DNA from: Stegostoma tigrinum
Taxonomy: Eukaryota
Direction: 5' to 3'
Assembly: GCF_030684315.1 (NCBI RefSeq)
Contig: NC_081397.1
Span: forward strand, 10,378,421 to 10,442,420
Length of the DNA: 64,000 nt
Below, piece after piece: positions 1 to 11,834 of the stretch (within the stretch, counting starts at the first letter, position 1; each line of letters starts with the position of its first letter). A program made the translations under genes and the position numbers. Under the pieces are notes generated by a model. That model saw only the letters and a list, made by a program, of their open reading frames with translations. It did no database searches and was not told where the DNA came from.

Positions 1-400
1 TTTTCTCATTTGTCAGGCATGTGTGTTTGAAGTTGTCATGATTTGATAAATGTATGCACACATTATAAAAATGTAGAGATTGAGATGAATGAAATGACAT
101 GAATGGATCAGTAACTAAACTCATATGCACAGACAAGCTTGCATTAGGTAGTTCCAGTCATGGAGCTGTACGGGGGTTGGTTACTTTCTGTGCATCACTC
201 AGAGTTGAATTTTTCAAAATTGATCAAATGTAGTGCAGCTCAGGGCAAGAGTGCAATCAGGCCCACAGTTCTGTTCGAATTCCTGGTGATAATTTAAATA
301 TCTGAATGTTTATTAGCGAAATGTTGAATTGATCAGTTAAATGTTTTCAAACCCATCTGATGACGGTTTACAGGAGCTATCTGTTTTTTCCTTCCTGCAG

Positions 401-482
401 ACAAACGCTTGAAGGAACAAGGCAATGTATCATTTCTTCAGTACAAAGCCAATTGTGACCAGCTCGTCCTAACAAACAGCAG
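401..482 (+). other. 82-nt putative exon, copy 1 of a triplicated module
   Basis: Polypyrimidine+CAG acceptor (TTTTTTCCTTCCTGCAG, ends 400) and GTATGT donor at 483. Paralogous 82-nt copies at 16073-16154 and 21649-21730. Confidence 0.55.
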
Positions 483-959
483 GTATGTTCCCACTGTCAC
501 AGCAGAGAACATCCTTTCCACAGTCACGGAGCAGATTGAGTCAGACACCGTTGAACTTTAATTTCCAGTCAGACACGTTCAAACCGACAATAAAACAACA
601 CGGAGGAATGCCACTTTATTTTGCTTCTCTCTCCATTCAAAATACCCAGTTCAAACAGATTTCACCTAACATAACCCATTGACATTTACACCATTTTTGA
701 AGATGGGTAGACTGAATCCTTATCCAAAGTATACCCTCAGGACTTGAAGAAAATCTGCATAGAATTACTCTGATATCAACTCCACATAATGAATCACGCT
801 TCCACGGATAATATTTTTGGCTGCCTGAAACCTAATCCACTTTAAGGAGTAGAAAGTGACCAGTACGCATGGATACCTAACCTCACACATTCGTATTGTA
901 GGGTCAGACGAAAAAAATAGTATTTGACCATATTGATACTTCAGAAACTGCAAGTAAAA

Positions 960-1560
960 GGTTGATTAAAAATGTTCACATCGTCACATAATAGAAACTA
1001 TCATGCATATATTCATTGATGTACTCGCTTTCACAGAGACTGAAACTGGCAGGAATATATTGATGATAACACTCCCAATTTCACAGAGCATCAAGTGACA
1101 GCTACAAACTTAGAACTGCAATCACAAATCCACAGAGAGACAGGCACGGATTGCTGACTGTACTCAAATATTCAGAGTAGGTTCTCACAGGTACATCTTG
1201 GTAACTGGACGCTCAAATTGACAGAGAAGCAAATGATAGGTGCATGTTGCTTTCATGCACATATCCAAATGGACGAACTTGACAGGAACAGATTGATAAC
1301 AACCTTGAACATAGCAAGAACTGCAGATGCTGGAATCAGCCTTCCCAGTTACACACAGCATAAACTGACTGACATGTACAGTTTGATAATTACTCTCATT
1401 CACAGAGCGGAATCTGAAACGTCCTTATTGATAACTGTACTCACATGGCCACCAAGCGGAAACTGACAGAGTTTGATCACAGTGACAGTTAAATTGCGGA
1501 AATTGACAGATACATGTTGATAATTACTTTCACACTTGCCTTGCAGGTAATGTCAGGGTC
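960..1560 (+). repeat. Degenerate ~49-bp tandem repeat array (consensus approx. GCAGAAACTGACAGGTACAGATTGATAACTACACTCACATATTCACACA), array 1
   Basis: Recurring (A)AACTGACAG...TTGATAAC...CTC..ATTCAC units. A further 2-3 units resume at ~5445-5560 after the TE block. Boundaries approximate. Confidence 0.7.
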
Positions 1561-1574
1561 AGTTCATTAAATAC

Positions 1575-2300
1575 GATGCTGTTGACTTGCTCACTGAGCT
1601 TGTAAGTTTGTTCACAGACATTTCATCACCATACGACATAACATCATCAGTGCACCGTGAATGAAACGTTGGTATTCTGTCCTTCTTGCTATTTATGTGC
1701 CTCACTTTGCTGGGGTGGTGAGCAACACTTCCAGATTGGTTTCTTAGTGGTTGGTGTGTGGTGTCCAGCTGGCCATGTTTGTTAATGGAGCTCTAGTTTG
1801 AACTCTCGTGCATGTCTTTGGTTGGGATGTCTTCTGATGGCTACCTTGTCCCAGTCAAACAGGTGTCCCTCTTTATCCATGTGCATTAAGGTGAGTGATA
1901 GTTGGCCATGACTTTTGGCAGCGAGTTGATGTCCATGAATCCTGATGGCGGGTTTTCTCCCGGTTTGCCTTGGGTAAGATTTATGGCAGTATTTGCATGG
2001 TATCTTGTAAATCGCATTGGTTCTGCTAATTGTGAATGTTGGATCCTTCATTCTCAACAGCGGCTGTCAGTTCGTGGGCTATCATGATTCTTACGTGGTA
2101 GTGTAACCTGGTGGTTATTTCACACCCTCAGTGCATAGTCTGGTGACTACTATCACTGGATGTGTTGTGTCTTCCTGTTGCCATCAGTTGTGTAGCATCT
2201 GCGAACAATGCATTTTGAGTAACTGTCATTTCTAAAGACACTATCAGTGTTCTTCCTTGGCTTTATGAAACTCCGGGATGCTGCAGTGTGTTGTGGCTCA
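1575..2300 (-). mobile_element. Degraded Penelope-like element (Poseidon/Penelope-type) 3' fragment
   Basis: ORF 1782-2057 is a decayed GIY-YIG domain (NAIYKIPCKYCHKSY..QTGRK...HLFDWDKV...REF). A hammerhead-like motif sits at its 3' end. Confidence 0.8.
1617..1650 (-). ncRNA. Hammerhead-ribozyme-like motif (degenerate) in Poseidon-type PLE end
   Basis: Minus strand reads TGCA-CTGATGA-TGTTATGTCGTATGGTGAT-GAAA-TGTC-TGTG: CUGANGA and GAAA cores, GUC triplet, and a possible 4-bp stem I (UGCA/UGUG). Stem II is decayed. Confidence 0.55.
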
Positions 2301-2304
2301 CTTG

Positions 2305-3353
2305 AACAGGGAAAGCTAGCTCATTGGATTCAAAATTGGCTTGATGGTACAAAGCAGAGGGTGACAGTTGAAGATTCTTTCTCGGACTGGAGGCCTGTGA
2401 CTTGTGGTGTGCCACAGGGATTGGTGCTGGGACCTTTGTTATTTGTTATTGACATAAATGATCTGGATGTGAATGTGCAAAGCATGATTAGTAAGTTTAC
2501 AGATGATGCAATGTTAGGCAGTATCGTTCATAGTGGGGAAGGTTATCGAAAATTACAGAGGGATCTTAATCAGATGGGGAAGTGGGCTAAGGATGGGAAA
2601 ATGCAATTCAATGGAGATAAGTGTGAGGTGTTGTACTTTGGAATGTCAAACTACAGTAAGCCTTTTACAGCAAATGGTAACGTCCTGAGTAGTGATGTGG
2701 TACAGAGGGTCCAAGGAGTACAGGTACGTAGTATGTTTAAAGCAGTGTCACAGGTGGATAGGGTGCTGAAGAAGGAATTCAGCATGCTGGCCTTCATTGA
2801 TCGAGGCATTTTGAATAGACATGGAGTATTGTGTACAGTTTTGGTCACCCTGTTGTAAAAAAGACCGAGTTCAACTAGAAAGCGTTCAAAGAAAATTTAT
2901 GCAGGACTAGTGGTCCTGGGTTATGGTGAGATGTTGGCCAGGGTAGGACTTTATTTCTTGGACCGTAGGAGAATGAAGTGTGACCTTATTCAGATGTATA
3001 AAATCATGAGCACCATAGGTCGTTTAAATGCATATCGTGTTTGTTTTTTTTCCCCCACAGATGAGGAATTGAAAACTAGAGGGCACAGGTTTCAGGTGAG
3101 AGGGGGCAAGAATTTAGGAAGGACCTGAGGGGTGCCAACTTCACAGAGAGAGTGGAGCACGTGTGGAATCAGCTGCCAGAGAAAGTTGTTGAGGCAGGCA
3201 CAATATCAACACTTAAAAAAAAATGAACATGTACATGGATGGGAAGGATGTAGAGGGATATAATGTGGGCAGTTGGATCCAGCTGAGTGGGCACCACGGT
3301 CATCATGAACCAGTTTGGGTGGAAGGGCCTGTGTCCGTACTGTATTACTATAT
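2305..3353 (+). mobile_element. CR1-type LINE 3' fragment (RT, degraded)
   Basis: ORF 2247-2858: WIQNWL..KQRV..GVPQG.VLGPLLFV..INDLD..SKFTDD. The CR1 C-terminus (KTRGHRFQVRG) follows in another frame. Confidence 0.9.
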
Positions 3354-4270
3354 GACCATAAGACGTAGGAGCCGAAATCAGGCTATTTGGCCCATCAAGT
3401 CTGCTCCGCCATTCAATCATGACTGAGACGTTCCTTTAGCCAATTCTCCTGCCTTCTTCCCATAACCTTGATCCCCTTGATAATCAAAAACCTATCTATC
3501 TCACCCTTAAATGTACACAATAACCCGGCCTCCACAGCCTTCTGTGGCAGTGAATTCCATTGATTCAGCACTCTCTGGCTGAAGAAGTTTCTCCTTATCT
3601 CTGTTCTAAAATGTCTTCCGTTTACTTGAAGGCTGTGCCCTTGGGTCCTAGTCTCTCCTACCAATGGAAGGATCTTCCCAACATCCACTCTGTCCAGGCA
3701 TTCAGTAGTCTAAGTTTTGATTATCATCCTTCTAAACTCCAAAGAGTACAGTCCCAGAATCCTCAACATTGCTCATATGTTCAGCTTTTCATTCCTGGGA
3801 CCATTCCCGTGAACCTCCTCTGAACCTGCTCCAGGGGCAGTACATCCTTCCTGAGATATGGGGCCCAAAACTGCACATGCTACTTCAAATGTGGCCTGAC
3901 TCGAGTCTTCCAAAGCCTCATAAGCACATCCTTTTTTTTTAAACATCTTCAAGACCATAAGTCATAGGAGTGGAAGTAAGGCCATTCGGCCCATCAAGCC
4001 CATTCCACCATTTAAATCAAGGCTGGGCATTTCAACTCCACTTCCCTGCACTCTCCCTGTAGCCCTTGATTCCTTGTGAGATCAAGAATTTGTTAATCTC
4101 TGCCTTGAAGTCCTGGCAAAATAAATGCCAGTATTGCAGTTGCCTTCCTGACTACTGACTCAAACTGTGAGTTTACCGTGAGAGATTCCTGGAGTTGAAC
4201 TCCCAAGTCTCTTTGTACGCAAGACTTCTGAATTTTCTGCCCATTTAGAAAAGAGTCTATGCTTTTATTC
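3352..4270 (-). mobile_element. CR1-type LINE 3' fragments (two, degraded)
   Basis: ORF 3413-3688: TRTQGHSLQV..RRNFFSQRVLNQWNSLP. ORF 4093-4305: QRDLGVQ..SLTV. CR1 3' tails are present. Confidence 0.85.
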
Positions 4271-4643
4271 TGGAGGGAGGATGGTAACTTCTTCAGGTCA
4301 GGCATCCCTGGAAGACGCTTTGCAGTGAAGTTAAAATTGTATCAGAGATAATGGTGACTGCAGATGCTGGAGAATCCGGACAAACCTCAGGGGATCTCTA
4401 CACCACTGCAACTCTAGATTCCCCTCCACCTACCTCCTCCTCTATCCATCTTTGATCCACCTCCCAGTCTGTCCCTATTTATTTCAGAGCCCTCTTCCCC
4501 CTCCCACATTTCTGATCAAGGGTCTCGGCCCGAAACGTCAGCTTTTGTGCTCCTGAGATGCTGTTTGGCCTGCTGTGTTCATCCAGCTCCACACTTTTTT
4601 TTAAATCTCGGATTCTCCAGCATCTGCAGTTATCATTATCTCT
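4270..4643. mobile_element. Penelope-like (Neptune-type) terminal fragments in inverted arrangement
   Basis: 4270-4378 is the reverse complement of the PLE terminal sequence (..TTCTCCAGCATCTGCAG..ATTATCTCTGATACAATTTTAAC). 4390-4643 is the plus-strand end, with a mutated hammerhead motif at 4512-4541 (CTGATCA). Confidence 0.8.
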
Positions 4644-4644
4644 C

Positions 4645-5450
4645 ATGCTTTTATTCTCCTTAGCCAAGTGCATGACCTCACACTTTCCCACATTGTACTC
4701 CATCTACCACTTCTTTGCCCACTCACCTAACCTGTCCATTTCATAGTGCAGCCTCAGCACCTCAATACTACCTGTCACTCTACCTATTGTTGTATCATCT
4801 GCAAATGTAGTCAGAATGCAAACAGTTCCTTCATCCAGATCATTAATGTATAAAGCATGCCTTTTATCCCCACTCTCTGCTTTCTGCCAGGCAGCCAATC
4901 TTCTATCCATGCTAGCACCATGGGCCCTTATGTTACTCAACAGCCTCCTGTGCGGCAGCTTGCCAAGGGGCTTTTCGAAGCCCAGGTAGATAACATCCAT
5001 TGGCTCTCCTTGGTCTACCCTGCTTGTTACTTCCTTAAAGGATTTAAGCAGATTTGCCAGGCATGACTTCCCCTTGATGAAACCGTGCCTGGAGTGTTGG
5101 AGGCTGTGTTTATAAAATTTAGTGGTGTGGAAAGGGTGCATAATCAAGATCTTTTCCCCAGGATAGAAGAATGCAAAATGAGAGGGCATGGGTTTAAGTG
5201 ACTGGGAAAGTCTTAAAATGAACCAAAGGTGTGCAATATTTGCACACAGAGTGGTGTGTGAATGGGTTGAATGCCAAAAGAAGTGCTGGAGGCTCTTACA
5301 ACTACAACGTTTTAAAGGCATGTGGATGAGTATATGAATAGGAAGTGTTTCGTGGGATATGGACCAAATGCTAGTAAATGGAACTAGATTAATCTCGGAT
5401 ATGTGCTCTCCATGGACGAGGTGGACCCTGTACATCTCTCGGACTGTATG
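4645..5450. mobile_element. CR1-type LINE fragments (minus 4645-5090; plus ~5095-5450)
   Basis: ORF 4704-5435: HGFIKGKSCLANLL..MDVIYL..LYINDLDEG..FADDTTI. A plus-strand 3' CR1 remnant follows. Confidence 0.8.
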
Positions 5451-5857
5451 ACGGGGACTGATTTATGAGAGAATAATCATCATTCATACTGCCTAAACAG
5501 ACAGGGACAGATCGAGAACTGCACTCCCATTCTCATAATGCAGAGACTGACAGATATTCGGCAAAGTGTCCCTCAATAAACCCGAATGTCTGAACAATAC
5601 AATCCTGCCCACAGCCGAATAAGGAAATCTCAGCTAGTGATGAAACAAGGTAACATTTCACTCACAAAAGATTACTATGAGCAGAATAAAACACCCTGTC
5701 ACAATTAAAATCTCGGAGGTAGTGTTCAAAATGTTAGTGGATGACAGGAACAAGTTCAACTGCAAGGAGCTAGGAATTTGGTCCGTGTACAAAATTTCGG
5801 TTTGTGTTTCACATTTCGTTGCAGATCCGAACAGATCCACTTTGTGTTTCACACTAA

Positions 5858-5970
5858 CCAATCACAGAAAGGCTAATCGCATGGTCTGACATTCTTGTAA
5901 ACTACCCAATCAGGAACAAGACTTTTCCCCCATCCCTCATGAGCATTGCTGACGCCAGCAGCGTATAAAA
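5858..5970 (+). promoter_or_regulatory. H2B promoter: CCAAT boxes, octamer-position variant, TATA
   Basis: CCAAT at 5858 and 5906, ATGAGCAT at 5939-5946 (octamer position), TGACG, and TATAAAA at 5964-5970, ~55 bp before the ATG. Confidence 0.75.
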
Positions 5971-6021
5971 AGCGAGCTCCGAGCCTGCTTCCGTTTATTG
6001 TATCTGAAAGCGACCGACACG

Positions 6022-6402
6022 ATGCCGGATGAGAAGAAAGCGCAGGCAACTTCGAAGAAGGGCGCCAAGAAAATCATCAAGAAGGCGCCGGGGAAAGGCG
6101 GCAAGACAAAGAAACGATCCAGGAAAGAAAGTTACGCCATCTACATCTATAAAGTGATGAAGCAGGTTCACCCCGACACCGGCATCTCCTCCAAGGCGAT
6201 GAGCATCATGAACTCGTTCGTCAAGGATATTTTCGAGCGTATCGCGGGGGAGGCTTCCCGCCTGGCCCATTACAACAAGCGCAGGACCATCAGCTCCCGG
6301 GAGATCCAGACCGCGGTGCGGCTGCTGCTGCCTGGGGAGCTGGCCAAGCACGCCGTGTCGGAGGGTACAAAGGCGGTGACCAAGTACACCAGCTCCAAGT
6401 GA
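6022..6402 (+). CDS. H2B: Histone H2B (replication-dependent), 126 aa
   Basis: MPDEKK...[27 protein letters not shown]...[17 protein letters not shown]. Intronless, true ATG at 6022, 3' stem-loop present. Confidence 0.98.
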   Translation: MPDEKKAQATSKKGAKKIIKKAPGKGGKTKKRSRKESYAIYIYKVMKQVHPDTGISSKAMSIMNSFVKDIFERIAGEASRLAHYNKRRTISSREIQTAVRLLLPGELAKHAVSEGTKAVTKYTSSK

Positions 6403-6445
6403 GACCCCACATTGTGCTGAGAAAAACACACATCCAAAACCCAAC

Positions 6446-6461
6446 GGCTCTTTTCAGAGCC
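6446..6461 (+). terminator. Histone 3' stem-loop (H2B)
   Basis: GGCTCTTTTCAGAGCC followed by ACCCA and a purine-rich downstream element (AATGAAGCAG). Confidence 0.97.
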
Positions 6462-8139
6462 ACCCACAATTTCAATGAAGCAGTTGAACCATTTTACGTT
6501 TGTAAATGATTCTCGGTGTCTATAATTAATGTCCCTAATCTTTATCTTTGTTTACACAAACGTTCTAAACATTAACGTGCGGTCCCTGTCCCTCTGTCGG
6601 TTAGTTTCGGTTGCCTTCCTACCCAGTCTCTCCTCCCTCCCTGTACAGAAAGCACATTCATCGTCACTCAGGCATTTTTTTTTCAACAACTCCTTTGTGT
6701 TCCAGTTATTATTTACCCCTTGATCAGGAATTTCACCCCCTGGAAAGAAAACTAACTGCTCGAGTCCCACGAACAGATGTTGGGGGATACTTGTCATTGA
6801 GGATATCAGCTGTCGGTGAGAGGCTTTCAAAATGAGCTGAGATAAAGCCCGAGCCAGGATTGCAGTCGCAAGTGTGAAACTGTGTTCAAGGACAATATGG
6901 GAGGGCAACTTCAAACTATTGTTTCAAGTTTTAACCCGTTCACCCCGAAAAACTTTGTGTAAGTTTTTATAAATACATCAGCGTGCACTTGTAATGTGAA
7001 AGTGAACTAAATTCAAAGAAAAATTAAACTGTTTATTCCTCTTTGTGAAACTTTTCCCCCTATATCCTACATGTTGGAGGGTTTTTCAAATTTGTCCCAA
7101 TGGGGGTATGAACGCTGGATTTCACCCGTGGCAATGAAAAATTATGATCTCTTATTTGAGTCCCATTAAGAGAAATGCCGCGCGATTCCTTTTTCAATTT
7201 CCAAATTGTCAGGGAATTTTTCCGATTTTTTTTTTCAGTTTGCAGTGTGTGGGGCTTTTTGCTGTCGGTGAGAGGCTTTCAAAATGAACCGAGACCGTCC
7301 GGAAAGACTGATCCAGCACAATAAGTGAGGGCTATTTTACAATGTTTTCGGAAAACGGTGTTGCTTCGGGAGTGACAGAGAGAGATTATGTGAAGTGAAC
7401 ATTTTTAACTGAAAGGAAATTAAATCGTAAGCATTAACGCAAAAATACTTGTAAAAACTCTTCCTCGTATTGCCCATATTGGCGGGCTTTTCAAATCGGA
7501 CAGAAAACGGTTGATGATTTGGCGCCGGTATTTTCCTACGGTTTCCACGCAGAGGAATTTTGTTTTATTTTCAAATCTCCCCGCGGGTTCTATCCGGTTT
7601 TTCAGAAAGCTGTCAATGAGGCTTTCTGCAGTCGGCGGGAAAATTTCCAAGTGAACCGAGAGGAAAGCAGAACAGCTGCCGGACTGGCATCACAAAAGTG
7701 GAAATATTGTTGATCTTGTGCAATAGGGAGCGAGATTGTAAAATATTGTTTAAAGCAGTATTGAGTTCAACGAGAAAGAAACAGTTGTGTGATACTTTGA
7801 TTATTATATCCGGGTGTAGATGTGAATTAAATTCTATCTGTGCAGAGAATAACTTTCGGCGGGCTTTTCTTTCCCCCTTCCGCTTAATGTTAAGTTTTTT
7901 CGCGGGGTGGGGGGAATTCAAGATCAAAAATAGTTGGTTTCAACTAGGCCGGGAAATCAGAGAGAGATGGTGTGACGTATATAGGTGTATTCTAAAAGTA
8001 AATTATCCGAAGTAAGAACGCATTCTTCTTTGTAAAACTTCTACCCATTTCGAAATTATTGGCGGGCTTCTCCAGTTTGAAAGAAAGCGGTTGATGATTT
8101 GGCGCCGGGATTTTCCGGCCTCCTCCCCGGGCCCTCTCC

Positions 8140-8250
8140 GGATTGGTGAGTGAAGCAGATATCTGATTGGGCATTGAAACGACATTAGGAGATACTGAAC
8201 AATGTGACCAATCAGCAATGGCCGCACCCCCATTCCTCCCGAAGGTATAA
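8140..8250 (+). promoter_or_regulatory. H2A promoter: CCAAT/ATTGG boxes and TATA
   Basis: GATTGG twice, CCAATC at ~8208, TATAAG at 8246, ~60 bp before the ATG. Confidence 0.7.
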
Positions 8251-8703
<453 letters not shown>

Positions 8704-8731
8704 AGACACTTCTTGAATCTGACAACCCAAA

Positions 8732-8747
8732 GGCTCTTTTAACAGCC
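8732..8747 (+). terminator. Histone 3' stem-loop (H2A), one stem mismatch
   Basis: GGCTCT-TTTA-ACAGCC then ACCCA; C8736 faces C8743. Downstream element GAAAAGCAG. Confidence 0.9.
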
Positions 8748-9449
8748 ACCCACAATATCAGTGAAAAGCAGCTAGACTTTCACTGCTGGCTAACTAATTT
8801 TCATTTTATGTGCAAACACGGTCCTCTAAACGCGCAAAAATCATCCCTTTTGTTTTCGCTTTAACAGTGATAAAACTAGAACGGGACGAATAAAGTTGGA
8901 GGGTTTGCTGCAGGGACAGCGACTGCGACTTTAAATAGTGACTCAAAGCGGTATCCCCATCCAGGGAACATGAGACATGGAATAGCTCGGCCCCAGAAAG
9001 ATGCCATGCGAGACAGAACCGACCATCCTCAGAGGATCGAATACACTTGTGGGAGATTGGGCAAAATTTCGATTGCATGGCCAAAACTACAAAAATCATT
9101 TGTGTAATGTGGCGGGTTTTGAAATTGGCGATTGTTTCCCACCCTCCTTCTCCGGCAAGTTCAGTTACAGCTGGCGAAACGCCACGGGAAGCAATTCCCA
9201 CACAGGCGGTCCAATTGGAAATGTACCAATTATAAAAGGGTGGAATGCAGTACTTGAATTTGTTGTGATTACTGAAAATTTATAAACCTGATCGTCCCGA
9301 GTTGCCTCGTCTTCAATATCAATTCGTGCATCCCAGACCCATTCATTTTCTGTAAGTCCTGTTGCATTGAGACATCAATAGCATGCTGTGCGATGACATT
9401 AACTAAAGTCCAGAGCCTGACGATTGCTGCTCTCTCGGGACAGTTTAGT

Positions 9450-9465
9450 GGCTCTGAAAAGAGCC
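9450..9465 (-). terminator. Histone 3' stem-loop (H3)
   Basis: Minus strand GGCTCTTTTCAGAGCC, then ACTAA and GAGAGAGCAG. Confidence 0.96.
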
Positions 9466-9509
9466 GTTGTGTTTCTCGGGGTGAATGTACAGGGCCGGGC
9501 ACGCTCCGT

Positions 9510-9947
<438 letters not shown>

Positions 9948-9978
9948 CTATCAATGCTGATCGTGCTGCGGCGCTGCC

Positions 9979-10143
9979 TATTTAAGGGAATGGAGAGCCC
10001 GCCCAAGAGCTGGGATTGGATACAGTCCCGTCCCTCAAATCCCCGAGAAACAGCCACTGAAGGACAGAAAAGGCAGTAAAATAATTATTGGAGACTGATT
10101 GGTTAACTTCAAATGACAGTTGGTCAATTTCAAATCGCCCGCC
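9979..10143 (-). promoter_or_regulatory. H3 promoter: TATA-like, GC box, CCAAT boxes, CDE/CHR-like element
   Basis: Minus strand TTAAATA (9979-9985), GGGCGGG, CCAATC at ~10015 and ~10097, and GGCGG-N4-TTTGAA (10129-10143). Confidence 0.65.
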
Positions 10144-10477
10144 GATTTCAGCCTGAGCTTACATAATATTAAAAAGCAAAGTCCCATGCGCCTGCGCCTA
10201 AGATGATATCTTATGCTTTACAAAATTTTCTTGTGAACCTAACTTGCAGTCAGCGCGGAGTGGGCTCTGAATCATTTCCTGACCATCTCTAACAGGCAGG
10301 TGGAATGAACACGCCACTAAAACCTCGGCACGGCTACCAGAATCAAAACTGAACAAATTATCATTCCTGGGAGCGTCAATGAAGTACAAACACTGTAGTA
10401 TATATCATTAGCGCCTGGGCCCAAAGTTACGGACAGAGCAAATTATTATTCATGGTATGGACAGCTGGTGTTGTTAT

Positions 10478-10598
10478 TCTGATGAAGGGTCTAGGCCCGA
10501 AACGTCAGCTTTTGTGCTCCTGAGATGCTGCTGTGTTCATCCATCCTCACATTTTATTATCTTGGATTCTCCAGCATCTGCAGTTCCCATTATCACTG
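10478..10598 (+). mobile_element. Solo PLE terminal fragment with intact hammerhead motif between H3 and H4
   Basis: CTGATGAAGGGTCTAGGCCCGAAACGTCAG (10479-10508), then CTTTTGTGCTCCTGAGATG...CAGTTCCCATTATCACT, matching the end of the 61-63.8 kb element. Confidence 0.9.
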
Positions 10599-10959
10599 GT
10601 GTTATTACTGATAGACTGGTATTCACATGGAAGAGAATCAAAGATTTAGGGTTGAGAAACAGATCAGCCATGGTCGCATGACGGAGCCGGCCGCTCCTTC
10701 TGTATCTGACATAACCAGCTGCAGAACCGTATCGTATCGACTGGCCGTGAAACCTCTATCTGTAGTGCAGGGATATCTTGATTATAAAACACGTTACTGC
10801 AGTCAGTATAATTTAACAATCTTGCTCTCTCTCTTGCAACGCGGGACACGAAGTTAATATATTTCCTAAAGGCTTGGTGCAAAATTAAAAGTCGCTGCAC
10901 CAGCCCAATGTGCTGGTTCCCCATTCTCAGGTCTCCGCTCTCAGGCGGAGGGTTTGGGT

Positions 10960-10975
10960 GGCTCTGAAAAGAGCC
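10960..10975 (-). terminator. Histone 3' stem-loop (H4)
   Basis: Minus strand GGCTCTTTTCAGAGCC followed by ACCCA. Confidence 0.97.
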
Positions 10976-11005
10976 TTTGGGTTTGCTGGAAAAGGGTTGA
11001 TTTGC

Positions 11006-11326
<321 letters not shown>

Positions 11327-11614
11327 TCACTCCAATCGCTGCCGAGTGAGAGCCGAGCTGCCTCGCCTTCCATTTTTATACAGCCCGCCCCGACCTGACT
11401 GAGAAACAGCTGACAGGGAGTGAGAGGATACCCGGGCAGAAAACTGAGTGACACACAGAGAAATGTCCAGCTCCGCCTACAGCTGACTGCCGCCCCCAAC
11501 TGGATCTGGAACTAAACCTTTTCTCCACAAGCGCAGTGAACACAAGGCCCGGCAGAAAACCTGCAGACTCAAACTTCTATTCAAAGATAATAAAACCGGG
11601 ATATTTTAAAAGCA

Positions 11615-11694
11615 AGATGACAAAGTATGAAGCTGGATGAACACAGCAGGCCAAGCAGCATCTCAGGAGCACAAAAGCTGATATCACTGATACA
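11615..11694 (-). mobile_element. Short PLE terminal fragment flanked by a 12-bp direct repeat
   Basis: Reverse complement of TCAGCTTTTGTGCTCCTGAGATGCTGC...; ATTTTAAAAGCA at 11603-11614 and 11695-11706. Confidence 0.75.
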
Positions 11695-11804
11695 ATTTTA
11701 AAAGCAGAGATAATGGGAACTGCAGATGCTGGAGAATTCCAAGATAGTAAAATGTGAGGCTGGATGAACACAGCAGGCCAAGCAGCATCTCAGGAGCACA
11801 AAAG

Positions 11805-11834
11805 CTGACGTTTCGGGCCTGGACCCTTCATCAG
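11805..11834 (-). ncRNA. Minimal type I hammerhead ribozyme motif (PLE)
   Basis: CTGATGA-A-GGGT-CCAG-GCCC-GAAA-C-GTC-AG. Confidence 0.75.
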
